A DNA stretch of 52,232 bases, filler included, from Squatina squatina (lineage: Eukaryota), in NCBI GenBank assembly GCA_031763465.1. It is 3 parts of 3 records of this genome, joined end to end, with 100 filler letters (N's around TTAATTAATTAA, not from the genome) between each part and the next. Parts side by side here need not be neighbours in the genome. Positions count along the whole stretch, not along the records: positions 1 to 19,533 come from JARFOE010000168.1; 2 more parts are not named here. The stretch is one strand, 5' to 3'. Numbering within the stretch: position 1 is the first letter of the stretch; each line of letters opens with the position of its first letter. Of the stretch, positions 1-12,707 are shown one piece after another. Position numbers and translations under genes: made by a program. The notes below the pieces were generated by a model. That model ran no database searches and was not told where the DNA came from. It worked only from the letters and a program-made list of their open reading frames with translations.

Positions 1-454
1 TCAAGGCTGAGTTAACGTTGTGTATATAAGGAAATATAATGCAAGCAGTTATGAATGGCCTTCATAAGAGTGTCAGTTGCAGTAGATGTAAATAGTACAG
101 AAGATGTATAATTTTAGTTGAATGCATTGATAACACAGGAAGTAAAGTGAATGTCTTAGCTTTATACGTAGTAAATGTTGTTCATGGTGGTAAATGAATA
201 TACTACTACATATTAATGGTTCTGGGTTCTGAACTATAGGGATTAACTTATAGTTAGGCTTCATGAAGTGTATTGAAGAATAAGTGTTTGCTTATATTCA
301 TTAAGACCATTGTGTAGTTACTCTTTTGAATAATAAAAGAAATGTGCAAAGCAGTGATTTAGTGGTGGGCTGTTTATTGTATTTGAATCCGCTTTGTTGT
401 TCGATATGTAAAGAAGTAGGCATAAGAATTTATTTTATGGAACCCGTCACTGTA

Positions 455-660
455 AAAGCTCCTTCATCACTGGGTCAAAATCCTGGAACTCCCTCCCTAA
501 CAGCACTGTGGGTGCACCATCACCACATGGACTGCAGCGGTTCAAGAAGGCAGCTCACCGCCACCTTCTTAAGGACAATTAGGGATGGGCAATAAATGCT
601 GGCCTTGCCAGCGATGCCCACATCCCATGAATGAATGAATAAAAATAAAAGTAAAAAAAG
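455..660 (+). mobile_element. 3' end of a CR1/L2-group LINE with (ATGA)n and A-rich tail
   Basis: tcctggaactccctccctaacagc...ttcaagaaggcagctcac...gggcaataaatgctggcc...cccacatcccatgaatgaatgaat; a related copy is at 31204-31282. Confidence 0.75.
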
Positions 661-1061
661 ATTCTACCTTTAACTAGTCTCACATGCGCAGGCCGAATGA
701 CCCAACTGGGCTTCTATTGTGTTGTCATTTCTATGATGCTAAGACCAAAGTTTACAAGGAATTTTAGCACCCTGGAGAGTAGTGTATATACGGAACAGAT
801 TGCCAGCAAAAATAATTCATGCTGTGTTGATTCAACTCCTTTCAAAAAGAACTGGATGAAAATCAGATTTTGAATGGGTTGAAGAGTATCTTAGATGGAT
901 GTAATCACCTACTCCACAGTATTTGATGTTTCTGGGATGGTAAAAATGACCTACTATGGAAAGTAAAGAGTCAAGGCTGAAAACCATTGGTTGTCAGATT
1001 AAATATATAAGATGGAGTCTGGATTAATAGTATTTGGGGACAGGTGAAAAAAGATTATGCA

Positions 1062-1820
1062 GGACTTTGGATTTTGCATAAAGAATAACAATGAGGTTAT
1101 CAGCACTCGCCATTAGTTCGGAGTAAATCGGACAGCAGCTTCCGGCGTCTGCACGTGCACCATTAAATATGGAAGTCAGGAAGTTGCAGCACGAGTTGCC
1201 CTGCTCTTCCAGAAACTTTGTTACACCGGTATCTTGCCGAGAGACTTGGCATTCAAACACATACAATGGCTTGAAGTTGCTGTACTTACCACTAAACAAG
1301 GCAGAAAAAGTTAGGACTTGTCCGTTCAAGTGTATGTGCATTTTTAACGGCATGATAAGACTTAATTACAGCCAAACAACCTCTCTGGCATTGAAAATTA
1401 GCTTCTACAAGTGTGGAGTCTCATTCCTTCAGATTTTAATTATTAGTGGAGAGTTTAAAAATATTAACATAACTTTTTGAACTTTTTTTTCTGTCTCTTT
1501 TATTTCTCTTAATCTCATCTTTCTTTCCCTCTCTTTATTTTGCTTTCTGTACATGATTTGACATTGAATTAAATATTCTAACTTACACTTCCTGGTTCAG
1601 AATCATGCCTAAGTAAGGATTCTTCAACCTGATTGGTTGAAGAGACACGCTGTTACTTGTCCTGTTAACACGTGCCAGATCCCCTGTCGAGGGCATCGCG
1701 CTGTATCGGAATCCCGCTGACCATAATTTGCAAGCAAAAGCCCGCTAAAAGTCTGTCAACAGCTGTGAGTGTAATGAATGGCAAGCACCGTTTGTTCAGT
1801 GCAGGCGTCAAAAATTGGGA
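1062..1820. mobile_element. Non-autonomous MITE-like DNA element, copy 1
   Basis: Collinear similarity with 27142-27885 (gtggagtctcattcc, acttcctgg, cagatcccctg blocks); degenerate inverted ends (cagcactcgccatt / aatggcaagcaccg); no coding capacity. Confidence 0.7.
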
Positions 1821-2269
1821 CAATGTGTTTGTAAGCGACGTGATTCCCGTCTGACTTTCTACACTGCAGTATTCTCTGGCTGATATCCAATCCCATTTAA
1901 CGCAGTGGAATAATAATCAGTCCAACCACAGCTCACTGTTTCCTGTTGACTTTGTTCCCTCTCTTGCCCAGGACTCTGATCATTAAATGCAGCAGCTATC
2001 GGCAGGCCTGCTGGTGGAAACAGGAAATAACTAACCTGGCGGAGAGGCACGGTCAGGACTTCCTCACAGAACATCGCTTTGATTCCTTTGTTCCTGCCCG
2101 TCATAACATCCAGGCCCGATGGTAAATATCGCCTGGCCCCTTGCGCACCGCTTTGATTTTTATTTTGAACGTAAATGCGGGTAAACGCGTGAGGAAGCGA
2201 GGGGGTAGTCATTCTTGCACTGCACACTGAGGAGTGAAAAGGGAGTTAGCACGAGGCAACCCAGTGCAA

Positions 2270-2507
2270 GATTTCAACATCAATAAGTGTGAGGTAGTAC
2301 AATTTGGTAAGAAGAATAAGGAGGTCACATATTACTTGGAAAGTACGAATCTAAATGGGGTGGAGGAGCAAAGGGATCTCTGAGTACAAATACACAAATC
2401 ACTGAAAGTTGTGCCACAGCAAAGCAAACCAGGCACTAGGGTTTATTTCTGAAGGGATAGAATTGAAAAGTAGGGAAGTTATGCTCAATGTATATCGAAC
2501 CTTGGTT
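2270..2507 (+). mobile_element. CR1 LINE ORF2 (RT C-terminal) fragment
   Basis: FNINKCEVVQFGKKN...VEEQRDL* and ANQALGFISEGIELKSREVMLNVYRTLV; disrupted and ends at a gap. Confidence 0.85.
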
Positions 2508-3439
2508 NNNNNNNNNNNNNNNNNNNNNNNNNNNNNNNNNNNNNNNNNNNNNNNNNNNNNNNNNNNNNNNNNNNNNNNNNNNNNNNNNNNNNNNNNNNNN
2601 NNNNNNNGTGTACAATGTCATAAGTAACATAATAACTTGGGAAGGAATAGTTGATACTGGTATTTTACAGAAAGTACAGTGTTAGTCAAGTGTGTATAGT
2701 GAAGAGCAATAATGCTCAGTTTTTGTCAGTTTGACATTTGAATTTTGAAATGTGGCATGCTGCAGGAGAGCTTTAATCATACATTTCTGATAAGTATTCA
2801 CTGTATCTAGTTAAAGTTTTAAAAGTAGAGCAGACAAGAAAGTGGTGATGCATACTCGGGCATGAATGCCAGGATGTGCTTTCATAAGTGGAATTCTGCA
2901 TATGGCAAATTCCTGATTTTGGTTGAACTGGGTTTTCCTTTGCCCCAGAATAAAGTCAGTAGTAAAAGTGAAGAGACAAAAAACTGCTCTACTGTTTGGT
3001 TATCTTTGAAATAAGAAATTACTTTAATTCATTTTCCTTTGCAGTTCAATCACAACTCTTCCAGAATCTACAATTTAGTAACAGGTTAACAAAAATTAAT
3101 GCAATATAGGAAACTACTGAGGAGCTGTAAGCAAAATGTGGTTTAATGGGCAGCAACCATGCAAGCTATATTATAATATATAGAACAATATTTTGTCTTA
3201 GTGACGGGTGATTCTTCATTCATTTTGTTTTTATTCTGACAAAACAAAAATCTTCAAGAAAAATCATTTTGATATTTTTACAAATCATTTCTGACATTTC
3301 AAACTAAGTGAACTTTACAGCTTTCTTTAAGCACTTGCAAAAGCCCCTAATGCTGAACATTGTAAACCAATGCCCTCAGTTTCACGTTTTGATTTTAATG
3401 TAGTCCAGTAACAAAATGTTAAATGAAATTTTTCCCATG

Positions 3440-3795
3440 TGTAAAAAATGATTCACAGAATAATCAAGAGTATTCAGGAGAATTATTTTCCACTAAAAAA
3501 TAAGAACAAACTAGCCAAGAATGAGATTCCATGGATAAATAAAGAGATGAGGATTGATTTGAATCTAAAGAAAATGGCTTATGCAAAGTACATAAGCAAT
3601 AAAGGCGAGGGTGACAAAAGGGAATATGACAAGCTTCGGAAAGAATTATGGAGGAATATAGGGGCAGGGTGGGAAGAGGTAATTACTGTAGGAAGACGTA
3701 ATTAGAGTGGGAGGAGGCTTGTGTGGAACATGAACACTGGCACAGATTAGTGGGGCCAAAAAGCCCATTTCTGTGCTGTAGATTCTGTGTTGAAT
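3440..3795 (+). mobile_element. CR1 fragment: ORF2 tether region (IPWINKE) fused to a 3' tail
   Basis: PW-motif tether peptide followed by gggaggaggcttgtgtggaacatgaacac...gggccaaaaagccc...tgtgctgtagattctgtg, the tail shared with 28265-28360 and 35155-35245. Confidence 0.65.
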
Positions 3796-4199
3796 AAAAT
3801 ACATTACATTTTGCTGGTTAAATTTTCTTTCCAAATGCCTACCAGATTTGTATTAATAAAATTAAAGGATCTTTGCCACACTACTTTAATTGGTGGTATC
3901 AAATATTAAACTTGCCAAAAAAGCACTTGGCAGCAATTAGATTTTTTTCAGTGATATATTACAAGAATCCTAATGAGCCTAATCCTGTCTTCACTTTGCA
4001 TCCACACATGTGTGGTTTGACAGCAATCAGGAATGGGCACCCTGGTTTTATCCCCTCCACCCTTATACTTGACAAATATCCCAAACATCTGGAAGCAGCA
4101 GCCATTTAACATAGCACAGGTTCCTCGTTTTTCTTTTCTTCTCTCCTCTCTTGAACGCATTGACTGCTTTTTGGGATACAGTGGAATGAGTGCCGAATG

Positions 4200-4510
4200 C
4201 ATTCCAGTGGCCCTTATTCATGAGAGTCTTGGCAGTTAATGACGGTGGCTGTTCAATCATGGGAGATCACAGCCAAGCCGAGTCCTTGTCTTTTAATCCC
4301 CATGTCCACATGCATCTGTAGCAGGTGTCACTGAATAGCAGTGGAGAGCAAGAACCCCGGTTGATTTCCCTCTAGCCTGGGCTGCTAAGGTGGACAAAAG
4401 TGCCCCTACGGATCAGCCACAAACACAAAATGGAAGATCAAACTTGGGATCTTCCCGGTCAGTATGGCTTACCTGTTTACTGTATAAACCTGTTAAGAGC
4501 AATCAAGGGA
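4200..4510 (-). mobile_element. tRNA-derived SINE inside the presumptive MYADM 3' UTR
   Basis: Minus strand reads ...agccatactgaccgggaagatcccaaGTTTGATCttcc (B-box-like)...aggggcac...gaaatcaaccggggttc...cagtgacacctgct...ctcggcttggctgtgat, resembling a recalled common shark SINE. Confidence 0.6.
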
Positions 4511-4667
4511 GCAGAGAAGACTATTTACTTCATCAGCTTTGATTGAAATAATCAGTAAGAAACATTATTAGCCTGCAAAATGGGAAGACCCAGTATATTT
4601 ATACACATTCAGATTGCCCAACGAGGGTATCTTCTCCCATCACTAATGGATATGGTTTTGGAAGCAT

Positions 4668-5543
4668 TTAAGCCTGAGCAATAAAGACTAACCTAGCAGA
4701 ATAAACCAGATCCACAATGTACACAACAAGATTAGCAAAGGTTAAAACAGTTGCTATGACTTGATTGTCCCACAGGCAGCTGCCTCTTCCACAGTTGGAT
4801 GGTCTGGTTGGTGTGCCGTAACTTTTACTGAAGCAGAAGACTGGCCAGATGATTGCTGCAGTAATGTACATCAGTACAGCCACAGTGTTATAGACGGTCA
4901 AAAATCTTTCAAATGGAAATGGTAATGTCACAATGAGCTTTGCAATGGTTAAAATTATTATCAAAAAAGTGATGATAAAGCATATGCAGTACACGGCCAT
5001 ACACCACTGCCGCCCACTGTTAGCCTCATATGAGCCCTCGACAATTACAAAGATGATGCAGGCGATAAAAGCTTCCAACACTTTTAGGAGTCCAGGAATA
5101 GTCTTTAAAAATCCACTGATTTCACCAGGCTTTGCTCGTGTGAGGCCAACTTCAATCGCATAAGCAATAAAGCACAAGCAAGACATAGCAGTGGCGGCTA
5201 TTTTATAGTCTTTATCTGTCTGCTGGTTGGCTGCGAAGAAAATGGCAGGATAAATAATTGAGGCAGTTAAGTTCATCAGTGTAGCAAGCATCGCAAACGA
5301 CGTAGTGAAATCATCCCAGGCTATCGGAATTTTCACAGAAAGGGCTGTCAGCTCCAGCACGATAATAAGAACTGAAACAATGAATGAGAAACACCATGCA
5401 AACATGCACCAACCTCCATAAGAGCCAGAGTATTGTCCTATATGGGCGACCAGGCTGAATGCTGTACACGAAAGAAAGACTTGAAAGAATCTTACAATTC
5501 CTACTGGAGCTGTCATTGATTTGTAATCCAGTTGAACAGGCAT
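4668..5543 (-). CDS. MYADM: Myeloid-associated differentiation marker family protein (two MARVEL domains, about 8 TM), 291 aa, single coding exon
   Basis: Uninterrupted ORF MPVQLDYKSMTAPVGIVRFFQVFLSCTAFSLVAH...WCMFAWCF...EVGLTRAKPGEISG...PGLLKVLEAFIACIIF...QWCMAVYCICF...DLVYSARLVFIAQA carries MYADM/MYADML2 family motifs. First ATG is at 5543 in context caagATG (A at -3); the track start at 5570 is a TTG. MYADM versus MYADML2 orthology is not resolved. Confidence 0.93.
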   Translation of the reverse strand: MPVQLDYKSMTAPVGIVRFFQVFLSCTAFSLVAHIGQYSGSYGGWCMFAWCFSFIVSVLIIVLELTALSVKIPIAWDDFTTSFAMLATLMNLTASIIYPAIFFAANQQTDKDYKIAATAMSCLCFIAYAIEVGLTRAKPGEISGFLKTIPGLLKVLEAFIACIIFVIVEGSYEANSGRQWCMAVYCICFIITFLIIILTIAKLIVTLPFPFERFLTVYNTVAVLMYITAAIIWPVFCFSKSYGTPTRPSNCGRGSCLWDNQVIATVLTFANLVVYIVDLVYSARLVFIAQA

Positions 5544-6804
5544 CTTGCTGAGCAAATGTGAAAGCTTCAACTGTACAGGTAGTTTATATTACTGCCTGCA
5601 GCAACTGACTGAGGTAGTCTTCTATCTGCAGTTGAACTTACTGCAGGACCTGTTCCTGCTCAAACATTCTTCCAGATTAGTCATGTCTCATTACAACACC
5701 AATATAAAAGGTGGGTTATTTGTTATTGCAGTTGGCAGGTATAGCACAAGGAGTGTGCCATTAAAATAGTTTCCTGCGTATATCATTTGCTGTTGTGTTA
5801 GTGTTTGTTTTTAAGGAAATACTTTGCTCTTTCAGTTCTTATCATAAAAATGGTTATTCATTAACAGCTTTAAGAGTATGCCTGTGCAAAACCTTTGTAG
5901 ATTTCTGGTGAAGAAGAAAATTTCCAGGTCCTTTACCAACTAAAATTTCAGTTGTAAGATCAAAACCTGGCATGCATACAGCTTTGAAGTGAAACTAGTG
6001 GTTCACAGGTCAGAGTCTGATATACAGAAGCGAACCTTCTCAGCTGTGAGTTCCTTCTCAATAAAGACGTACAACAGTGTACTGTGATCATTCCTGTACG
6101 CAGTGAAATTCTAAAGTGTGAGCGCCACCATAATGCAAGTGCAGCAGACCTTAGCTTTACAGATGAAGTTTTCCAGATGTAGGTTTGCTGAATTTCTCTG
6201 CTCAGATGGGAACATAGGAACTGGAGTAAGCCATTCAGCCCCTCAAGCTTGTTCCGCCATTCAGTTAGACTGTGGCTGATCTTAACTCCAGCTACCCACC
6301 TTGGTTCTGTAACACTTAATTCCTTTTCCTAACAGGAATCTGTCAAGCTCAGTTTTAAAAGAAAAAAATATGAACATTCAAATATAGTAGTTGATTTTCT
6401 TGTACTTCCTTTGGATAACAATTTTAAATAAGTCTCACTCTTTGCAACTGTCTCTGCTTCTCCCATTTTTTTGTCTCCTCTGTCATTCTGTTTGTCTTTT
6501 TTTTCTCTACATCTCTTACATGCTTTCATTGTCATCTATGTATCTGTTTTTCTAACACATAAGATATTGTTCCCACTTCATACAACTAATTTATTTGTTC
6601 ACAGTAGAAGAGAATTATTTTATGCACTTTAACAAAATGGTACGGGTGCCCAATTCGTAGTTTTATTTAGGCGTTAAATGGGCGCAAAGTGCTTCACGCC
6701 AACTNNNNNNNNNNNNNNNNNNNNNNNNNNNNNNNNNNNNNNNNNNNNNNNNNNNNNNNNNNNNNNNNNNNNNNNNNNNNNNNNNNNNNNNNNNNNNNNN
6801 NNNN

Positions 6805-7045
6805 AATGGTAGTTTTTCAGACTGAAGGGAAGTATACAGTGGTGTCCCTCAGGAGTCGGTATTAGCACCACTGCTCTTTTTGATAATGATCTGGGGTCGG
6901 TTATACAGGGCATTATTTCAAAGTTTGAAGATGACACGAAACTTAGAGGATAGTAACAGTTTTCAGGAGGATATAGACAGACTGGTGAAATGGGCAGACA
7001 CAGGGCAGATGAAATTTAATGCAGAGAACTGTGCTGTTATCATTC
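6805..7045 (+). mobile_element. CR1 RT core fragment
   Basis: REVYSGVPQESVLAPLLF...ISKFEDDTKL...KWADTGQMKFNAENC, i.e. degenerate GVPQGS and FADD motifs. Confidence 0.85.
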
Positions 7046-10000
7046 TGTGATTTATATGCTCTGTCTTTGGCCAGTTTCCATTGAAATTAACTTAAGTTAC
7101 AGCTGGTAATGACTATTTAAAGCTTTGTTCAAGCAATTGGACTGACATGCAGGAATGGCAATGATACCGATGCACACTTGCTGTTCATGGCTGCCCGTTG
7201 GAGATGGACTCATTTGATGAACCATTTGAAGGTATCTTTCCTGTCCAGGAGACTCTGGATGGCAGGTCTCTGCAAGCATTGCTTCATTGTAACAAATTAA
7301 TTAATCTGGTAAGGAAGAAATTATGTATAATAATAATTATACATTGACGGTACTTTACCATCCCAACCTACCAGTGTCTGGTTGAATACTTCGCTCACCC
7401 AATGGACCAGACTCTTGATCACTTCCAAGCCGCCTCCTTTGTCCCAGCTTCTTTCTTTACCCCTAGATCCTTCTTGAATCACACCACTGATTTCTAAACT
7501 CCTACACGCAACAACCTTGGTTTGAATTCCCCTCCTATTATGAGTAGGGGAACAATGTTAAACGTGTCAGTGATGTTAAAGGGTAATGAAGTACGAAGCG
7601 TAAAAACAACATAATTTGCAACTTGAATCAACACATGGCTTAAAATAGAAATTCAAAGTCAATCATTTTTAAAATATACTGCTTGAGCTCTTTACCCCAA
7701 AATTAAACTCTTAACCCCAGAAGGTCCCACGGATCTCTGTTCTCTCTGGGTCAGGTACATTGATGTAGTAGTGAGCTTCTCCAATCTGTCTTATCCAGCT
7801 TGCTACCTAGGATCAGACTACTGATGAATGGAAGTACTTAGCTGTAGTTCCCTTTGAACCAGCATAAGAAACGGTGCTCTGCAGCAGCAGCCATGAAGTC
7901 AAAATGAATTCAATCTACTTAAATTAGGTAACAACAGCTTGCATATATATAAGCACCTTTAACGTAGTAAAACGTCCCAAGGCATTTCACAGGAGCGTTA
8001 ACAAAAAAAATGTGATGCCTAAAATTTGACAGGAATTTAAGTTCTGAATGGACTAACTACTAAATGCCTGTGATGTATTTACTGATGACTAGTAAAATTG
8101 TGCTGCTTAACCAGAGATTTGTAAGAACAGTTGCTTTGCTTTGGTGTGCATTCTCCGGTTCAGTTTTGATGAATAAGCTGTGAAAGTTCAAGGATGTTTT
8201 ACCCGTTGTAATTGAGAGATGCAGCTGGTTTGTAGGCGGGTTCTTCAGATGCTGATGTTCAGTATAATTTTGGGAAACCATCAAGGGAAAGGGCAGGGTC
8301 ACAGAATCAAAACACTGCGTCTTTTGTGTAAAGAACTACATGACATCTTAAGCACAGCTGGAAATGTTGGCTTTTTTCGATTTTGCCTCCTTTCCACTTT
8401 TTGCATTACTATAAGCAACGTAATATTATCTGGAACGTATGAATACTTGAACTTAGTAGAGTGGAAAGAACTCATAGCCACCTTTTTACAGATATCTAAT
8501 ACGTCGTTAAAACAGAACTGTATTCTACGTATGGCCTACATATGCACTTTGAATGCTTTTAAAAGCTTTTCAAAGCAAACATTCAATAGTGTATGAATAC
8601 AAAGTGAACAAACCTTTCTTTGAAGGCAAGCCTTTCTAATTATAGGTTTTTAGAACACACAAAAATGATGAGTTAACTGCCCAAGATAACTTAAGAAGCA
8701 ACTGATAGACTTCTCTCCCTTCACTACTCCTCCTGTTCAGAGTCATTTGCTAAACAGTGGAAAGAAATGTCAAGCGATTGTCAGTCGTTCAGNNNNNNNN
8801 NNNNNNNNNNNNNNNNNNNNNNNNNNNNNNNNNNNNNNNNNNNNNNNNNNNNNNNNNNNNNNNNNNNNNNNNNNNNNNNNNNNNNNNNNNNNTTCTAAGA
8901 TTTCTATGATGTGTAGTCGCTGTCCCAATTTGCACCATAATAATGGTGAACATTGATAGCCTCACTGCTATTTTTAATCACAAATCCAGGCCATTGTGAC
9001 TAAATGATTCACATTTTCATCCTAATTAATGTCAACAATATGCATTCAAAAACCACAAAACCAACAGTTAAGACCTTTTTTGATACCTCTTGATAACAAA
9101 ATACTAGGATCCTCTTCAACAACTTTGTACAACAAACACTTACTATTGTTCAAAATATTTTAAATCACTCAGTTTGCTATTAAGCCAGACTTAACAGTTT
9201 GCAGTTGAAGAGTTACGCTTAGTTATTCAATAAATGCAAGACTTACCCAACCAGTTTCTTCATTTTGTCTGGAACTTTTCTGACAATTGTTTTGCTTTGG
9301 ATAACTTGCAGGATGTCGGAGCTTTCTGTCAATGACCACTTAGAAGGGATTTTGTCAGATTTTGAAGGTCTGTATTATAATTTGGAACATTGAATCTGTG
9401 CATACATGGTCAACTAACACTAAGCTTTTAAGAGTAACTCTTTTCTACTTGTGGTGCTTAATTAACTCACTTAGCAAAAAAAATGTATTATAAGTAATGT
9501 AGTAACATGCGATACTATCAGTAGTTGAGGTCTTTGCTCTAATGACTGGCATATTTTTGACTATGAAATGCTAGAGCAAAGAATGTGATATGTAAAGGGA
9601 AATTGCTCATTTACTTTCGTTGCATTTTCTAATCTTCCACGTTTCTGAACCAATTAGTGTCACGTTTATCTTTGCCTCGAGTGTTGGAATGTTTTCAGTG
9701 GGGAGATGTGAATAAGGGTGAGCAGGTAGAGGGGTGTAATTTGATGCTAGCCTAAACACTCCCTGCTACATGGCAGGCAGATTCCTGCTGCATCTCTTTC
9801 TAACCCCTTCCACCCTCACAACCAGGCTCGCAAGTGTGCATGGCTACATTCAGCAGCTCTTGCTGAACATGATGAAATAAAATACCATTTGATTTTGGTT
9901 TTCTAACGCTTTTTAAATCTAAAGCCTTGTGGTTTGGCCTTAATACTATGTGAGGTTCACAGTAGGCTGTAGGACTATGGATCACTGTTCTCTGTTGCCT

Positions 10001-12685
10001 TTGATCCTGGAAAAGTTCTGGGAAAATTACAGACTTTCAAAGGAATGGAGCAATACTATAGCCATGACCACAGACATGCAAACACTGTAAGGGATAGTAT
10101 TACTACTTTTCTTCAAGTTGTTTGTTGTCGTAAAACCCTTAGCAGTAATATGCAACAGAACATTCCATTGCATGTCCACCAGGAGTGCGGAGTGGGAGTG
10201 CTGTGTCTGCTCTGTTCACAGGTGGATCTCCCTTGTATGTCATTTTAGAAAGTGTGTGACATGTTGAATAAAGTTATTGGGTCTATACTCTTTTTTTCCT
10301 TTATGCAATAGAAAAGTAATATTCACTTTTGCCCTTGTTTAAATGTGAGAGAAATTTGATATTAGTCACATGACCGACTTGTGTGTTCAGATGCTGATAT
10401 GAGGTTGTGTGTGACATGTGAATTTTCTGCTTGCTTAGCTCTCGTATCCAACACAGGTATGTAATAATTTAAGCGGTCAGTAGACATTTAAATCGGCCTC
10501 TGGGCATGTTCCTTAGTTTCCATTTCAGATCAGTCTGCATTATCTATCAGACAATTCAAAGTGTTTCCTGTTCTGATCAACCCTTGACAAACCAATCTGA
10601 AATAAGCAGAGGCAATATGTTTATTTTCAAGCAGTATCTAGTAAGCCATGTCCACTGAGGTCTTGNNNNNNNNNNNNNNNNNNNNNNNNNNNNNNNNNNN
10701 NNNNNNNNNNNNNNNNNNNNNNNNNNNNNNNNNNNNNNNNNNNNNNNNNNNNNNNNNNNNNNNNNCTAATAAGGATGCAGCCATATTTTTACAAATGTCA
10801 TGCCATCTAACCGTTGTCTATATCTTAATATCAAGCAACAGATGGATTCTTGTGTGCTTAATTTGTTTTTTATGTTGAAAAAGGGTCCGCCTTTATATTT
10901 TTTTAATTCCAGTATTCCTGTCAACAGTTAAATAGGACTAAACATGTTGGCAAAATTGCTAGTTGGGCTAAATTACACTGCTCAAGTTTCAGACATAACC
11001 ACCTTTGTTTGTATCTCTTTTAGGGGATGTTTTGAGAGATGCCAGTCTTTTAACAATTATAGTTCATTACACTAATTGGATGTACATAATCTGTTTGAAC
11101 TGAGTTCCCTGTTCGTTGTCTGAATTAGTTTTGAATTAATCACACATTTTTGTTTTAAAAAAAAAAAATTTCATTGAGTAACATTTGCAGACTAGTAACG
11201 AAGAACCTATGCTGCTCTGTCCTGACTTGCCTTAGGTTTGAATAGATATAATAGATGTTTCCTATTTCTTTATTGTCCTTTACTGCATGGTGCCCCAAAC
11301 AGATGTATGCTGTGGTTAGAAGCCTTTCTATTCATCTTCGGTTCCACAATCACACTGCTGTTTCTAGCTGTAGACACTATGAATTCCTTATGAGCTGATA
11401 CTGGACTTACTAATTACTGACCTCCAACACTTTGACCTGTCAGACTGTGTGCACAGTAGTCATTAGTGAGTCGGTTCTCCGAGCTAGACAAATGACGCCA
11501 CAGGAAAAAAAAAGTTGTAAAGTTTCAGAAAGTATGGTGTCATGTGCCAAAAATGAATAGCGATGTAATGTGTGTCTGCGGTAAAACATGGATGGCATAT
11601 TGTAAGGATGGTTTAAGACTTCTATCACATGGTAAATCATAGGCATAGATCTTTTACGTTATGTTTTTGTTGTTTTATAGAAACCCTTAAGAATTACAAA
11701 GTTTGGGTTAAGATGATCTGTATTTTATTCAGCTCGTAGTTACACTGCAAACACAGCAAATATAACTGATTCTATGAGTTGCAGTTGTCAAACCTGTTCA
11801 TAAGATTTTGTGCCCACATAAGTGAAATTCGAAGGCNNNNNNNNNNNNNNNNNNNNNNNNNNNNNNNNNNNNNNNNNNNNNNNNNNNNNNNNNNNNNNNN
11901 NNNNNNNNNNNNNNNNNNNNNNNNNNNNNNNNNNNNAAGGGCAAATGGCAACCTGAGCGCAAGCTGATTCATCTCCCATTTGCTGATAATCTCTGGTGTC
12001 GTTACTATTTTTACTTTTATTATATAATAACTTTTAAGAGCTATAAAACTTGGATTTACTCCCCATATTCTGCTTTGAATATGTTGCAACCATGAATATA
12101 TCTTAGTGTCAAAAGTGCTTGTGCTATGTGCTTCTCCCCTGAGATCACTGGGGATGAACATTGAGATTTTTTTTGGCTTATTCACAAGATTCTGCCAATC
12201 ACTTAATCTCAGCAGAGTCGTTCATTTCATGGGGCCTTTTCTGCCTTAAAATGTCAATGTATTCGTTCTATTCACGCAGCAATGTTGACCCTGGTGGAGC
12301 AGGCCCCAGGGGCCACATGGCCTACTCCTGTTCCTAGTTCTTATGTAAAGCAGCTTCTAGTAGTTGCTGTATATTCTGAAAGTTTGTGCTTTTTTTGGTT
12401 CAACTCCACGGACGCAAGTTTAGAGTCATAAGACCAGATTTGAACTGTCCCCACCTGGACAAAACCAGGCCGGGGGGCAGTTAAAATATCGAGAATCACT
12501 TACCCCCACCAATCCCGCTTTCTTCTCGCCGTGTCCCCATATTAACTTCTCTTGAGCAGGACATCCGCATGAAGGGAATGAGGTCTTGTTTTAAATATGC
12601 AGATCGGGACAGACTGTTGAGCTGTTGAACAGAAATCTTCAACAGAAAATTTCAAGGCAGTTGTTGTAGAGAGATAAAGCTAGTG

Positions 12686-12707
12686 GTGTGTGTGTGTGTG
12701 TGTGTGT
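12686..12707. repeat. (GT)11 microsatellite
   Basis: Directly visible. Confidence 0.95.

Noticed and set aside
4933-5163. Overlapping antisense ORF inside the MYADM-like CDS
   Set aside because: Short shadow frame with no recognisable homology.
5544-5570. N-terminal extension of the MYADM-like ORF shown in the track
   Set aside because: It starts at TTG; the ATG at 5543 has good context and gives the family-like MPV start.
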